A DNA stretch of 64,000 nucleotides from Leptogorgia sarmentosa. Taxonomy: Eukaryota. The stretch spans positions 5,146,001 through 5,210,000 of the forward strand of contig OZ210885.1 of assembly GCA_964658305.1 (NCBI GenBank). Reading direction: 5' to 3'. Positions 1 to 14,300 of the stretch are shown piece by piece. The notes beneath the pieces are model-generated. The model did no database searches, was not told where the DNA came from, and saw nothing but the letters and a program-made list of their open reading frames with translations. The position numbers and the translations under genes are program-made. Position 1 is the stretch's first letter, and each line of letters starts with the position of its first letter.

Positions 1-3000
1 CAGTGTTCATGGAAGCTTTTGCAGTTGTACGAACAGACGTTGAGGTCGAGTGTGGTGTTGTGTTTCTGGGTTTCTTTGCAGTGGTATGAAGAGACGTTGG
101 GGTTGAAGATGATGTTGGTTGCATTGTAGTGGACGTTGGGGTTGAGTGTGATGTTGTATTTCTGGGTTTCTTTGTAGTGGGCGTTGGGGTTGAAGATGAT
201 TTTGTATTTCTGGGTTTCTTTGTAGTGTTATTGTTACAGCGTCCTCCGCCTCAAATTGAAATTGAAATTACTAATATGAACTTTGCACTAAAATTGGGTG
301 TGGCCTACGCCTATCACACTTAACGAAAAATAGTAACGAAAAACGTTTTATTTAAGAAATAGAAAACATTTTCCGTGTTTCTATAGAGTTTTAGTATAAG
401 TTTCCAAGTAACTATAACATTTACTGCAATCTGATGTTTTTTGGAACTTTTTCATTTTTTTAAAATTCAAAATGGCCGCTCAGTTGCTGAAGTTACACAG
501 GAAGAAATTGAGAAAATTAAACAAGAAAGCATCCCCAAGAAAAATAAAAACAAGCCACAAAATATGGTTTAAAAACCTTTCAAGGTAAAATGTTTTATTT
601 AGTGTTATTTATCCAACAAAACTGGCTTTTTTCACGAGCAAAGTGGTGATATGAGCGTGAATTATTTTATGTAAACAAACTATAAGCAAAGTGAACAAAA
701 CTTGAATTTCTACTTAACAGACAGTTTGAATCAAATCAGTTTGACCTAGAAATTTATACTAAAACAATTAGTCGCCTCAGGCTCGGTGATTACAAGTCTA
801 TATTCACTTCGCCGCCGTTTTTTTTAGCTCTCAACCAATCAACGGCCGTGTTTTTAAAAGGCTATTTTATAAATGTATATTGGTAAAGGTGACACATGTT
901 TCCACAGTGAAGTAGTTCATAAGTGTGCATGTTAGTTCCTACACAAACATAAGTAGCTACGTTCATAATTGAAATATAGATTAGTTTTCCGTGCAAATAG
1001 TTCATATTTGCTATATCTTTGTAATCGTAATTTATTATAGCTTTATTATAATTTAGTTTGACGGATTTGATGGAATAGAATTATTACATTATATATTATT
1101 TCAAACACCAATTGGTTTCACGGCACGCGCCGTTACAGTTATGCATGAAGAAACATTGGCGTTGAGTGTGATGTTGTGTCGTTCATTTGTGTCTGGCGTT
1201 ACTGAAACCGCAAAATGAAAAAAAGATATTGCAATTGTTGAGAATTGTAATGATAACGGAGTTGAACCTCCCCCCCCCCTCCACTGCAAATTTTGTTTCG
1301 CCGAGCCTGCATTCTCTCTACCAGTTTTTTCAGATGAAAAATTAACCATACGAGCCTTATAGGTTTTACCCAGTTCTCTCACTTTAACCCACAACCGTTG
1401 TATGTGAAGTCGCCCCAGATAGAAAACCCAAAAAATCATAATTATAAATACTCACTCGGGGTTAAAACCACGTTTTGCCAGGAATTATTGTCAGAACATT
1501 TTGATATAGCTGGAACAACTTTTAAGGTCTTACGCGCCCATGCGCTTAAGCAACGTCCAGAGGTGGTGTCTGTCAATCTCTTTTTGTTTTGGTTGTATCT
1601 CCATGATATCGTGCAGCTTTTTGTCAACTTAAGGTACGACCCGTCCAACATACCGAGACATGTCCCAGATTCTACTTCCTGGAGAGCGGAGCTTTTTGTG
1701 AAACAGAAGCATACTGGAGGTAAGCCTTTTGAAATTTTAAGAGTTTTAAAATCACCAACATGACGCACATGTCCCCATTGTGGAAACTCGATCGTGTAAT
1801 TTGCAGTTGAGCAATCTGTAGACAGGTCTACAAAAAGATACCAAGACGAAAATGAACATGGTTACCAAACATTTGCTGTGTTTGTTGTTAATGGATACAT
1901 GAAGCAGGGATGTACCAAAGGCATCTTTGTTTGTGTATGTGTAGGTTGCCCCTATAACTATCTCCAAAATATTGGTTTCTAAGCACTAAATAAACTTGAA
2001 ACCTAACCCTACCCCTAACCCTAAAGCTAAGACCCTGATCCTAAAAACAAATAGGTCTTTTTTCGGACTCTGTAGTACAATAGGAAGTGGAAAAAAAACA
2101 TTTGCCGACAGTGTCGACACTGCCGTTTCAGGGCGGGGTCATTTTGAGCACTTTCGTCCCGGATTCAGGTTTTGGCACATATGCCATGTTGACCGATATG
2201 GTCAATTTACCATAAAACAGTTGAGCGTTGTTTTTGAATCCATAACCGGGCCATTTCTGGATATATGAGCAACCGAAATAGGTCAGGGTCAGATTAGTGA
2301 TTTGGGTCAAGGTTAGTTACTCTATTTATATTTCGGTTGCTCATATATCGAGAAAGCGCCCATTTAACACTTATTGACTGGGCCCAAGGGAAAGCCGCGA
2401 GGGAAACATCAAACATCGACGGTCTCGAGGTCCACAAAACACACTGGTTTCCCGAGGGCCCAGTCAATAAGTGCTTTATTATATATCAATCGTGAAAGAA
2501 ACGACAAAAAAAAAGCGGAACAAGTGAACAAAAATGCACGAAATATTTTATTCGTAAAATGTTAAATTAAATTAAAGCATTAGCAGGTCGTCCAAAGGTC
2601 GCGTCTTCACGTGATGGCGCACGTGATATTTTTTGTTGTTCACCGGTGAATAACGTATTGTCTCCCTCTCTTGCTGATGCGAGGGAGACAGTTTAATTTC
2701 GTCACTCTCACGTGATACAATGAAACACTCGACCAATGAAACACAAGAAAAGGGAAACTTTGACGATTGGTATATAATGAAACCGTTTCTCCCCGCTCCT
2801 CTGACGTCTGTTTAATATACCGCATTGCAGCTAAACTGAATTAAAGAACCGAAACCAAACCCTACTCTTGGCTGTCTCTTGCTACTACTAAATTACTAAT
2901 AGTAATTATGCGTATATAGTATAGGATATTAAAAAACTATAAAGTTTCTAAATATGTCCGTATTGGTAGAAGGTTTATATAAACAGGTAATGACCTGAGA

Positions 3001-3402
3001 TTGGATTCTATATCATTAATTTGAAAGTCGGTTGTAAATAATTTGTGAAAACGGATTGTAGATATACTGTTTCTTTCAAGCTTAGTCAGTAAGTTTTAAT
3101 TCAGAGGTTTTAATTGTTAATTAACTGTTAACGGAGGGATTATTCAACAAACCGCATTTTGACTGAATAACATTTTCTAAACACCCATCGCAATCAACCT
3201 GGGCACAAAATACCAATCCTGAAATAACATGTATATAAAGCGAGATCATTTCAAAACGGGAGTCAAGAAACACATATTCCTATTCACAAGGACAGAAAGT
3301 GTATCAAACTACACGCTTGTCTGTATCAAACTTACTTGTGTTGCTTTCCATAATTAGTACAGACATGAATAGGACAAATGCCAGCCCTTTAATGGACGCC
3401 AT
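1..3402 (-). CDS. Adhesion GPCR, copy 1, 5' part only (runs off the left edge)
   Basis: Exons 3402-3336 (signal peptide MASIKGLAFVLFMSVLIMESNT), 1827-1456 (lectin-like), [1201-1109 uncertain] and 249-<1 (mucin repeats). Nearly identical to the copy 2 5' region at an offset of ~19.79 kb. Confidence 0.85.
2248..2361. repeat. Small inverted-repeat MITE; paralog at ~22042-22155
   Basis: GATATATGAGCAACCGAAATA ... TATTTCGGTTGCTCATATATC. Confidence 0.65.
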
Positions 3403-6400
3403 TTTGTTGTAAATAATTCTCGATTCTTTGGTGCACACTAACACCTGTTGTGATATATTTCTGTCGCTGTAACTCCGCAAAAATTGGTCGCTGTCGTTGA
3501 AAAGAATCAAAAGATCAGCTCCGCGTTGTTGACAATGCAGATACGGTATTTGATTTTAGATTTGAATGCTGATATATCAGTTTGTCGTAAACAATAATTT
3601 ATTTGCCAGAGCATTTAACTGTGTGCAGCGTTTCGTCAGATGTCGGAATAACTGCATTGAATTGTTTATGTCCTCATAAGTACGCGCACGTACGTTCGAC
3701 TAATGGAACTACTCACACGGTCAGCGATATCTGCATAACTAAGTGTTTGTGTTGTGTATATTGTATATTACATATTGCATATTTATTGAAGGGTATATTG
3801 TCTCCACCATGAGCGCCCACACACACGTACGATTCAATAAAGACTACGTGTTTGAACATTGAAATGACTGTCGGTAAATTTCTTTGTAAATGTTGTTACA
3901 TAACTTAGTATAACTTAGTATAACGAATGTTGCTACAGTAAACTCAAAAATTTCTTTGCTTAGAAGAACGAAAATGAAGGAGCCAGAAGTTCGAGACAAT
4001 TAGAAGCTTTTGTTATGGTAAATTTCATCGTTTTTCATTTCTTTCGAAGACAATGCAAATATGGGCAGGGTAGAAAAGACGGATACTATTGATAATGTTG
4101 ATACTATTTTCTAAAAAAGGACTGTTTTCAGACTAAATAGTGACATTTACGGCTTCTTTACATGTGACAGTGTGATTCTGTCAACTTCTTATCGTGTGAT
4201 ACTATAGCTAATAGTGATGTGACTTTGCTATGGAAAAATTAGATTTTCAGATATACCATTCCTAGCGATCTGCCTTCATTTGATTTTGAAGAGATTAAAA
4301 TGAAAGTGCTACTGTGAAATGAGGCTACGGTTTTGTGTTATATTAAGTAGTTATAAGAATGAAACGGTAGTCATGAAAACAAATTGCAATCGAACTGTCT
4401 TGAGATCAAGGCAGGTGTTTAAAATTTAATACGGAGTGAATGACCGGTTTAACTCCATTAATTGACCAGAATGGTGATAGATTTGTTTGTCATAAAGAAT
4501 TATCATTTGCTGGAGCAAATCGTTTTGATTGATGTAATAACTCATGAGACTGTATGTCATTGTTTATTTTAACACAAGTTACACATGTTCGATGTGGCTT
4601 TTCAAATTCTCATTCACATCCACACACATATCAGCATAGTTGAGTGTTTGTTAATATTGTAAGGATATAACGCGCCCGCTCTCACAAGTACGATTTAAAG
4701 CCTACATGTTTAAGCATTGGAGTAGTGGATTTCTTTGATATTTTGTCCAGATCTCATGGTGTTCTATAAAAAATCTTTCCGCGCAGGGGCGTCGATAAAC
4801 CTGTTTGAATGCGAGTGGGGGGCTGTAAGGCTACATTTTGCCGAGTGGTCAAAAGGTCTCTACAAATTATGCCTATATACCCTTATTACCCTAGTGTATA
4901 GACACGACACCATGCCACCAACTCTCGCATTAAGTAGTGCACGTAGCTAATCGACTGAACAAATATATACAGTATTAATATCATATATCACACACGACCA
5001 TATTGTTGTAGAGAATCTAGGATTGGTCGGGATTTATTATTGATTGATTGGTCGGTGTGTTCCACCTCCCCCTCTAGCGACGCCCCTGTTTCCGCGTTTA
5101 TACAGTCTTGTCAAAATAGATGGCCGCACGCTACGCGGAGTGTTCTCAAATCATTTTTACTTTTTTGCAATTTCCTTGATGTTGATATAAATATTTATTA
5201 CATAGTACACAGTGAGATACGAAAAAATACACAATGAGATATTTTGCAAGATATCGATCACGTGATCACTTCCCGCCAATAAATTTGTTTTATCGATGTT
5301 TGTCCAAGGGCGGCCGAACAAATTTTTGTCTTTGTTCAATGAAAAAACAACATGCTTTTGTGGAGAAAATTGAAATACTACAAGTCTTAGAAAACACTAA
5401 AATGATACCCAGGTATTCTTTGAATTTGAATAATGTGATGTATATTTAGTTGAAAGGCTTAGCTTTATCGATCAAAAATTATAATGATATATTTTACTCA
5501 TTCCCTGCGCCTCGCACGCCGTGTAATATCCTCTATATGTAATTTTTATGATAGAATACAATGAAAATAAAAATCACCGCTAGTTAAAATAACTTTCAAG
5601 AGCGGCGGAAAATTGTCCATGTTGAAGTAAATTACATTAATATGGCTCTTCAGTCAGCAATATAAAATTCACAAATGACAATCAGCGTATAGAATTCACA
5701 AATGCTATATTACAAAGTTGCTGCAGTAAAGTTCCAGGCGAATTTTTTAAATGAACGAAAATATGGAAAATGCAGGAATCAGTAATTCCAGGCAAGGCTT
5801 ATGGTGAATTTCATCGCTATTTGCTTAGATGGTCTTGCAACCCGGAGCCGTTTAAAAATACCGGTATAAAACCCGTTCACACGGGCGATATCTTGCTGTG
5901 ATTTTCTCCTTCTGATGCAGGTGAACGGACGAATATTCAACGTATGTGCTGAGTGCTTGCTTCCTCAATTGAATATTTGTAACTGATTCACTCATTGAAA
6001 TCTGTCAAAAGAAGGAAATTGCACTTGAAATTAAATCGCAGTGAAATTGTTCGTATAGACAGGGCCAATACGTGTATATTTTTGACGGTTTGAACACGGA
6101 ACAAACAATAACGTTTCGCCGTTGCGTTTACACATGTGGATTCACAAAGGCCACCAAGTAAATTTTGAAGCTTGGAGGCTGAACTGGAATAAAACAGTAA
6201 CGGAACCGATGTTCACACTATGCCGGCACGGTTGGAAAACGGCTCCGTTTTCGTTTCAATCGGTTTGGAAAGCGTGGTCAAACAGTAATTATAGCAAAAG
6301 TGACGTTTTCAAACAATTTCATTCTTGCACAGTGTGAACACAATGTCGTGACGTTATATACGTTTCTCGAAACCTTTAATTCTCTCCACAGTCTCTCTTT

Positions 6401-6625
6401 GTTTGCGTAGAAAGATTACAGGAAAACCTACTACCGGCTCTTCATGATAGTCCGCCATATTTTTGAGATCAGTGATGACCTACGATCACTAAGCTATAAG
6501 AAGACTGGAGAGAGTGCACGCACTTTTTTCATATAAAAGAGTGAAGCCAAAATTATGGAGTGGATTCATGTGATTCGTCATCATTGCCAGACTCCCACAC
6601 AGCCTCTCTTTGTCAGCGTGTCTGC

Positions 6626-7514
6626 CATAGATATAGGAAGCCTAGATTGCTGACTGTAGAATAATTATATGCTGATGCATGTGGCAAACATGAGCAATCC
6701 AAGATGGCTGCTCAACCGGTCAAATTAATAGGAGCTAGTATAGGAAAAACCATGTTTTTCGCATTTTACGACCGCATAACGTTTCCGATCACGTTCTAGC
6801 ACCATTTTTTGGAAATAACTGCCCGCGCTTAAGGTTTTGGATGAAAATCGTGCAATTTGAATGGAATTAACCCCGAAATAATCGATCGTAAATTGCTGCC
6901 AAGGCAGTCACATTGTTCCTTCAAGACGCTCGAGCCTATCAACCCAAAAACTAATTTATTTTTCTTGAATTAATCGTTGCCAGAAAGAATAAGTTTTGTC
7001 AACTTTGGCCTCTGGGATGAATTCCCTTCACGGACAACTCGGTCGGAATACACTTTCCGAAACGATGACTAAATATACAGTGTGAATTGGGGACGACAAA
7101 TCGCTTCCTGTTTCTCTACAACACGCGGCTTTCTATTTCTTATCTTTCACAGAAGTCCTATAGAATACTGCAACACCTCAAAGTTATCCAAAGCTTCATT
7201 CTTGACCTGAAATGTCTCGAACCAAGTCAAGCATCCGCAAGTGACTGTTTTGGCAGCACTTTACGATCGATTATTTCGGGGTTAATTCCATTCAAATTGC
7301 TCAATTTTCATCCAAAACCTTCAGCACGGGTAGTTATTTCCAAAAAATTTTGCTAGAACATGATCGGAAACGTTATGCGGTCGTAAAATGGGAAAAACAT
7401 GGTTTTTCCTATACTAGCTCCTATTAATTTGACCGGTTGAGCAGCCATCTTGGATTTTCAAAAGTTGCCACGCATTTTATATGGAGTCAGCAATCTAGGC
7501 TTCCTATATCTATG
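6626..7514. mobile_element. Palindromic non-autonomous DNA transposon, 8-bp TSD (P- or hAT-like); paralog at 26426-27707
   Basis: Termini CATAGATATAGGAAGCCTAGATTGCTGACT and its reverse complement; TSD GTGTCTGC at 6618-6625 and 7515-7522; long internal inverted arms 6696-~6930 and ~7225-7456. Confidence 0.85.
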
Positions 7515-7665
7515 GTGTCTGCCTACCGGTAGCCATATACATCGATAAACTTTTCGAAAGCTACAATCCTGGTCAAAAATGTTGGAATTCTTTACATGTA
7601 TATTTTGCCAAATATGACCCACATTTTCTACAATGGTTAACAGCCCCCTCCCCCCTCCCCCCATA

Positions 7666-8149
7666 CAGGGTGTATCAAAAAAATGGTAATACAAATGTGG
7701 CGCGCCATATCTCAAGAAACCAGCGAGCAGTACATCGGTAAACGTTTTAAGTGAAAATTGCATATTTCCACCGATGGGAATAAACGAGACAATTGATATG
7801 CATTTTTAATCAACAATTCACTTTTGTCGCTTGCTGAATATGAAAACTCGCACTAATTTGAATATTTGAATTGCAATGATAATTGCAGGATGATTAAGAT
7901 GTTTAAACCTCTTGGGGCTAAATTTCAAAAGGAACGCGTGCAATTCCCATCGGTGGAAATATGCGATATTCACTTAAAACGTTCACCGAAGCACTGCTCG
8001 CTAGTTTCTTAACTAAATACCACATAAAACGTGTCATCTAAAAGCTAATGAACTGAACTTTCGAATGATATCAAACTCGATGAAATCCATCAGCGATTTG
8101 GTAAATATGGCGCGCAACATTTGTTTTACCATTTTTTTTATACACCCTG
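7666..8149. mobile_element. Tc1/mariner-type MITE; paralog at 27859-28433
   Basis: TA-CAGGGTGTAT...ATACACCCTG-TA with long imperfect inverted arms. Confidence 0.85.
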
Positions 8150-8790
8150 TACAATGAGTCAGGGGACCTGTTTATAGTAAATTCTTCTTCAAAGAGGCTG
8201 AATTGCTAAGTTCCGTTTAAGGTGTCGAATTCCATTCCTCCGTCTTACATGTTAACCTTCCATTTCATTATCTAGCAAATGAATTAATATTCGACATATG
8301 AAACGGCCCTGAGCCTTACTAACAATTTTAATTTGCGAAAAGTGGCAAAATATAACCAGAGATGGCGAAGAATATCAAATTTATAAGGAACTGTGCCGCT
8401 GAGAACTATAACAATAGTAGAGGAATTCTTGTTGTACTTATGCTTGACGATTCAACCTCACTTTCGACGTATTTTGAAGGATGTGTTATTTTCACCATGA
8501 TCATGAATCGCGCACAAACACGGGCGATTTACGTGTGGGGCTGGGGGTAGGGCGGTGGGAACGGAAGAAGTGCATGAGTATACTAAAACAACAAGTAAAA
8601 AAACAAAAACGAATCAGATGGATGTGTTAAAACAAGGAGTAACAAAAAATCAGACATTAGAATTAGGAGATTTTACAAGGACTCAGTTACACAAGTGTTT
8701 TGCCTTCACAGGAAACAATCACTTTAAATTTGTGTATGTAATGTGAAACACAATTTTCAGTAGCTATAAATTTTATAAGTCAATAAATAC

Positions 8791-9283
8791 CATGGGCGTA
8801 CGGGCCCTATCTTGTTTGGGGGGGCACATTATTGTTTGCCCGACAGGACCTGTGGAACGACATTTGAAGTGGGGGGGGGGGGGCTGATAGATGAGGGGGG
8901 GGCGAAGCTCACGAGGCGCCACCATGGTTGGCGCCGAGCGAGAAAATTTTAAAAATTTCGGGTCTCTAGATCGTCGGAAATGGCATTTCCAAGGTGTCAT
9001 ATTATACCTCTTTCGTTATGTAATACATATTCGATCTGAAATACTTGAGCTTTGGAATTAGAATACTTCATATAGGATGTTTTAGAGGATAATGATTTTC
9101 ATCGTATTGTTGATGTTATATATCATCTATATACATCGTTGTTGATGTTATATATCATCTATATATATCATCTATCAACTATGATGGAGTTATGTTTGCC
9201 CGAACGATTCGAGCTCAATTGCCCGACCGTGAACGGTTTGGGGGGGCACATGCCCCCGTGCCCCCCCGGCCCGTACGCCCATG
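8791..9283. mobile_element. hAT-type MITE, present only in unit 1
   Basis: TIR CATGGGCGTACGGGCC; 8-bp TSD ATAAATAC; empty site at ~29066-29074. Confidence 0.9.
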
Positions 9284-10362
9284 ATAAATACTGTTTCTAT
9301 TCTTGAACAATTCGTTTTCGCACTTCCAGAAAACGGTGTAGATTGAACTAAAAATTTTGCGATGTCGTTTGAACAAACACTGAAATCATGATTATAATCA
9401 TACTATTAGAGCTTCATTACAATACTCTTTCAAATTCTCAAACTGAAATTTCGTTAATAATTCATGCACGATATTTGGAAGTACACACTTTTGAATTTAT
9501 AACGACATATTTTCCTTTTACGAGGACACAAAGTGTGTACAAGCACAAGCCATTTTAATGCCTGCAAAGGATATATACAATTCATACTATATTTCCTTAT
9601 TCAAGGTTAAAAATAGGGTTTAGGCGCATGCACCACTGTCCTGAAATTTCTACATGACGACAAGAGAAAGGAAGATGCGGACAGCGATCGCGACTTAAAT
9701 TCTTTATCGAATATAAATTTTAAAAGCGAGAAAGACAAAAATTTTATTTCATATTTTATTTCATATTACACTATCTCATATCATATTTTTATCATATATT
9801 ATTTTTATATTATCATTTAACATCACCTCTAACATTATCCATCATAACATACCCTATAATACAACTCGCCAATAATACCACACTCATCGTCCAAACAATA
9901 TAAACATATCCAAGGGTGGCACCCATCTGATTTTATGCCCAACCCACAATGGACACACGGTATCTTTACAAACTTTGGCCGTTTTTCCACGATCGCGATC
10001 CAGTGGAATTCAAAAATTGAAATGTAAATATGAAAATCATGTTTACCAGCTCAATTAAGATGCATTTTGGAAAGTCGTGATTTACTGAATAATTAATTAA
10101 TTAATTAGATTAATTAATTAATCGTGATTTATTTTATTTATTTTTGATTTTTTTACTGATCTCAGCCTATATTTTTGCAGTAGTTTTCCACCATTTTGTT
10201 TCTAAAATCTGAGTGCCCTTTTTCCTGGTAATGTTTGCACATTTCCAAATGAATTATCAAAATTTTATCAATGAATCCTTCCTCTACAGCACCACGACAG
10301 AAATGATGCACGAGATGTCAAATGCACTATAAATACCTAAAGTGTTTATAAATGTACTATAG

Positions 10363-10690
10363 CAGGGGCTGCGGAAGCACCTCAAAAGTGGGAGGGGGGG
10401 GGGTACACAATCAGAAAAGGGCACAGATGAAAAAGAGCACTTTCCTTTCAAAAAAAGGGCACATTCACCCTTTCTCCAAAATTGGGGGGGGGGGCACTTG
10501 AAAAAGGGCACATTTACCCTTTGTCCAAAATTGGGGGGGGGGGCATTTACCCCCAAAGCCGTAAAATACTGACATTAATGATTAATTGCATTATTATATC
10601 AAGCGCACACTATATGACACAAAAGGCCCTATATAGCACAAAAGGGCACAAATCTAATCGAAAAAAGGGCACATTTTCTCGTGGCAAAAC
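10363..10690. mobile_element. Truncated hAT-like MITE with AAAAGGGCAC repeats; shorter paralog at ~30185-30370
   Basis: Starts CAGGGGCTGCGGAAGCAC, with G-runs and repeated AAAAGGGCAC. No matching right TIR found. Confidence 0.5.
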
Positions 10691-10995
10691 CACGAATCAA
10701 CGCCGTAGAGATTTTCGTAATATATTTAATAATACATTCTAAAATGATTTGGTTTGATTAGCTTACATTGATCGATAATTGATTTGAAAATGTATGAAAA
10801 CAAACTACAACAGATCGTATAAATACCTGAAGAGTGGGTCTCTACAGCTTGAAACACGCACTTTGACTTATTTTTCTAAGCTTACAAGCTCTACTGTCAC
10901 TGTCCGTTTACTGTCAATTAACACCTAAGTCTCAAATTACTGCATGCAAATCATAATTAAATCAAGTTATAATCAATTGAAATAGCTAATAAGTA

Positions 10996-11359
10996 TCAGA
11001 AGTCCTTCATCAACAGATCAACCAGGGCATGGAACATCCTACCTGATGAACTTAGAAATCATTCCTTAACATTACAAAGATTTAAAACCCTGCTCTATGA
11101 ATATTACACTACTGCTTTAGACTTAAACTATGATCCAGAAAACCCTCGGACATGGAAATCAATATGCTTAAAATGCAATACCGCCCGTAGCTTTGCTACA
11201 CAATTTTCTTGTTGTTATTGACATCTCTGTATTGTTAATGTATTTCAACTTATGTAAGTGTTTATGTGTAGAATTTTTGTTAAAGGGGCCCACAGTAATT
11301 GGTATATAGACTGTTGTGGTGACCCTGCTACTATTTCTGTGGCAAAGTTAAATAAATAA
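10996..11359 (+). mobile_element. 5'-truncated non-LTR retrotransposon (CR1/L2-like 3' end), present only in unit 1
   Basis: Encodes QKSFINRSTRAWNILPDELR...YDPENPRTWKSICLKC...CCY*, resembling the post-RT C-terminus of CR1/L2-group ORF2. Ends in (TAAA)n with AAGTA duplicated. Empty site at ~30682. Confidence 0.8.
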
Positions 11360-11399
11360 AAGTAATGAGTTTAATTAACAAATATAAGTCCGTAACACA

Positions 11400-14300
11400 T
11401 TATTTTTCTATACCTTCAATACATTCAATTTCAATACATTCTTCATTCTCTCCCTGAGACAGGCTTTTTTCAGTATTCTTTTTCAGGCGATACTTGTTAT
11501 ACCATGGAGTTTCGCTGTTGAAAACTTTCCTTGGAGGCGTTGGGGTGCCTGGAATGCTCGATTTGCAACCTTCAGCGGTAGATAATGTACCACCTAGACA
11601 ACAATCCAACAATCATTAATATACACGAAAAATTCCCCCATGCAATTCAAAATTGCTCACCACAGTTTAAAAAATTCCGCAAATGTATCAATTAGATGTA
11701 GGAAATACTAATATAGTGCGCTCCAGCTAGGAAATCAAAATTTGTATGTATACCGTCTATACAACGAAAATTGGGAACATGCAGTTTGGAAATTGGACAC
11801 AAAAGTGCAAGGACGTAGCAAAGACCAGTCGCTACGTCCGTGTGTAACAATTCAAGATGATTAGTTCGATTTGTATTTTTGGCGTTTATGCTTGATCAAC
11901 GCTGATATCTCGCTACCTGGAGACATTCTTGTGTTTACTCATATTCACTGATGCCCTTCGTTTTTCACTTACATTCATTGTTCATGACGTTAGCATAATT
12001 TCTAGCTTTCATTCGTGCTTTCCTTTCTGCGCTGATTGCGTCATGAGCCTTGAAGATGGAAAAGATGACAGTAATTGACATTAACATTATCATTAATGTC
12101 ATTCCGAAATAATTATGAATAATTTCTTGGCAAGATGTTAATTGCTATATTGACATAATCTTTTATGAGATAAATAGAAATTGGATTGTGCACGGAATGT
12201 AGTAATTAACACACTAGGAAATCATTAAGCAAACTATACAGGTTTCAAAGCGTACTAATTTTCTTTAATTCAAACGATGGAAAGTGTGTGCAATGGGTGC
12301 ATGTTGAATTGCTGTTCAAAATTTTTAAAGACTTGTAGGCTCTTCAGAGCGGAATAGAAATGTGCCAATTACGTAAGAATCGTAAATTAAGCATGCACAA
12401 AAGTTAAAAAAGATCGAACGGATCTGTATAAACGGTCCCTGCTCAAACCCATAACCCGTTGTCGTATTCTCCACTAAATCACATGCTCACGTGGTATAAA
12501 CTAATTTCTGTGATTGGAGAATTCAAATTTGAGATATAACAATATTAATCATACCTTTCTGTTAATCAGAATATGGAAAACGAATATCACCACTCCTTGA
12601 AGCGAATTACAAATAGCAAAAAGATATTTAAACACAATCGTGTCTCGATTGAAAACCAGTAATCCAAACACCCACGTCAATCCAAGTAATGGGAGTAGTA
12701 CAGCAAAACCCCGGAGACCAATTTTCACTTTTCTCAAAATTTCATCAACAGTAGCTTTGGTTGCTCCGGTATTGCTTTCTGATGTAGAGGTAGCAGCAAT
12801 GTGACTCGAGGATAAAGCATTTCGTAAGGCCAGAATGAAGATAATTATGTTGATCTGAAATTGAAGTGAAGGAAAAACATAAGTTCTGCGTTTGAAACAC
12901 TCCGTGTGCTTGAACGAAAACAGAGCTATCATTCGACTTGGAGAAAATACCATATACATCATGAACCGACCATTTCGATATCAGAAAGGCAAGTTTGCAT
13001 GCTAGCCTTTTCATTCTTCTTGTATGCTTAAAAATATTTGTTTTACGTACGTCTATCAATACTACAACGACAACTTGTGATTATATTCAAAAAGTGTACT
13101 GGGACTTGGAAGGCGACTTACCATTAGAATAAGGCCAATAGTAGAAATAAATGTCCAGAATATCGCACTACCAGCACCACACCAACATGCACGCTCTGTT
13201 ATAAAATCATTTCGGTCACTTGCACCAACCAACACTGCCACTATTGCAACCGGAATACCTAAACAGAAATATTAAAAATAAAGTATTCAACATTTCATTC
13301 CCATGCTGCAAAATAAAAAAAGAAAAGAAAAACTGCAGGATAACGAGTGAATAAATTGGAAACTTTCTCCACTTGGCGAAGCTATCCTTTTCACCGAGGG
13401 AGGGGGGGGGGGGGGGGTAGGGGGAGTTGTTCAAGAATGGTGTGGGTAGAGTGTAGTAAACGTAACTGATTTATAGCAATGAACTTCGAGTAAGACCATT
13501 TATTTTAAAATAGGCAAAATATTTTCCTAACATACAGTTATAAACATGAAAAAGTGAGAACTTTAAAGCAATTCAGAAAGTCCCGTGCCTGAATCGAAAA
13601 ATTACACTTACCCCAGCCAATGAGATAAAAACACTTGAGATGTTTTCCTCCCAACCCCAGACCAGTGAAGACGTTCACAAGTTGAAGGTAAATAACAATT
13701 CCTTCGCATAACATCCATCCAAACACCACCAGAATGAAGAAATACAGCAATATAGATACTACTGTGCAATATGTCTACAAAAGAAAAATTTAAACAAGAT
13801 TTGAGGTAGATTGAACTTTCAAACTTCTCTGATGTCGTCGTCAGGGGCGTGGTGGGCCTAAAGGAGAACAACAAATGAGCAAAAGTTTAAAGGCCTATGT
13901 TTTGTGCTTCCATATAATTTAATCATAAAGGCCGCATTTTAGATTATTCTGAAGCGCCCATATTTTCAAATTTTGGTCTGGTTATGAATATTTCATGCCT
14001 TACGGATATGTTATGACAGTAGATGTGGTTTTCCCACCAATGTAAACAGAATTATTTGATGATATTTGGAAATTACCTCATTATTTCGTGCAGGCCCTGC
14101 CAAAATTGCAAAAATGTCGGTCATTCCAATAGCTACACAAAGATGCATGAGTACTTGCGAAGGTATATTGCTCTTGGCGCTTCTGTGCAGCCTTTTCCAC
14201 AGCAGGGCATACGTAAGTATAGTCAGAATTATCCCAACCAGAGATAAAGAACAACCAACGGTAGATATTAGCTCCAATGCTCGCCTTTCATGTCCGTAAA

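Noticed and set aside
129..323. Val/Asp/Phe-rich plus-strand ORFs (also 19925 and 38439)
   Set aside because: Antisense readings of the mucin stalk exon.
1109..1201. Extra 93-bp GPCR exon (ITPDTNERHNITLNANVSSCITVTARAVKPIG)
   Set aside because: Phase-compatible in copies 1 and 2, but the donor is weak and the copy 3 equivalent has a net -2 frameshift. Left as uncertain and not counted; if real, copy 3 would be disrupted or must skip it.
3603..10742. Short ORFs conserved between units 1 and 2
   Set aside because: Conservation reflects recent duplication. They lie in intergenic or MITE DNA, and several are broken or altered by indels or stops in a paralog.
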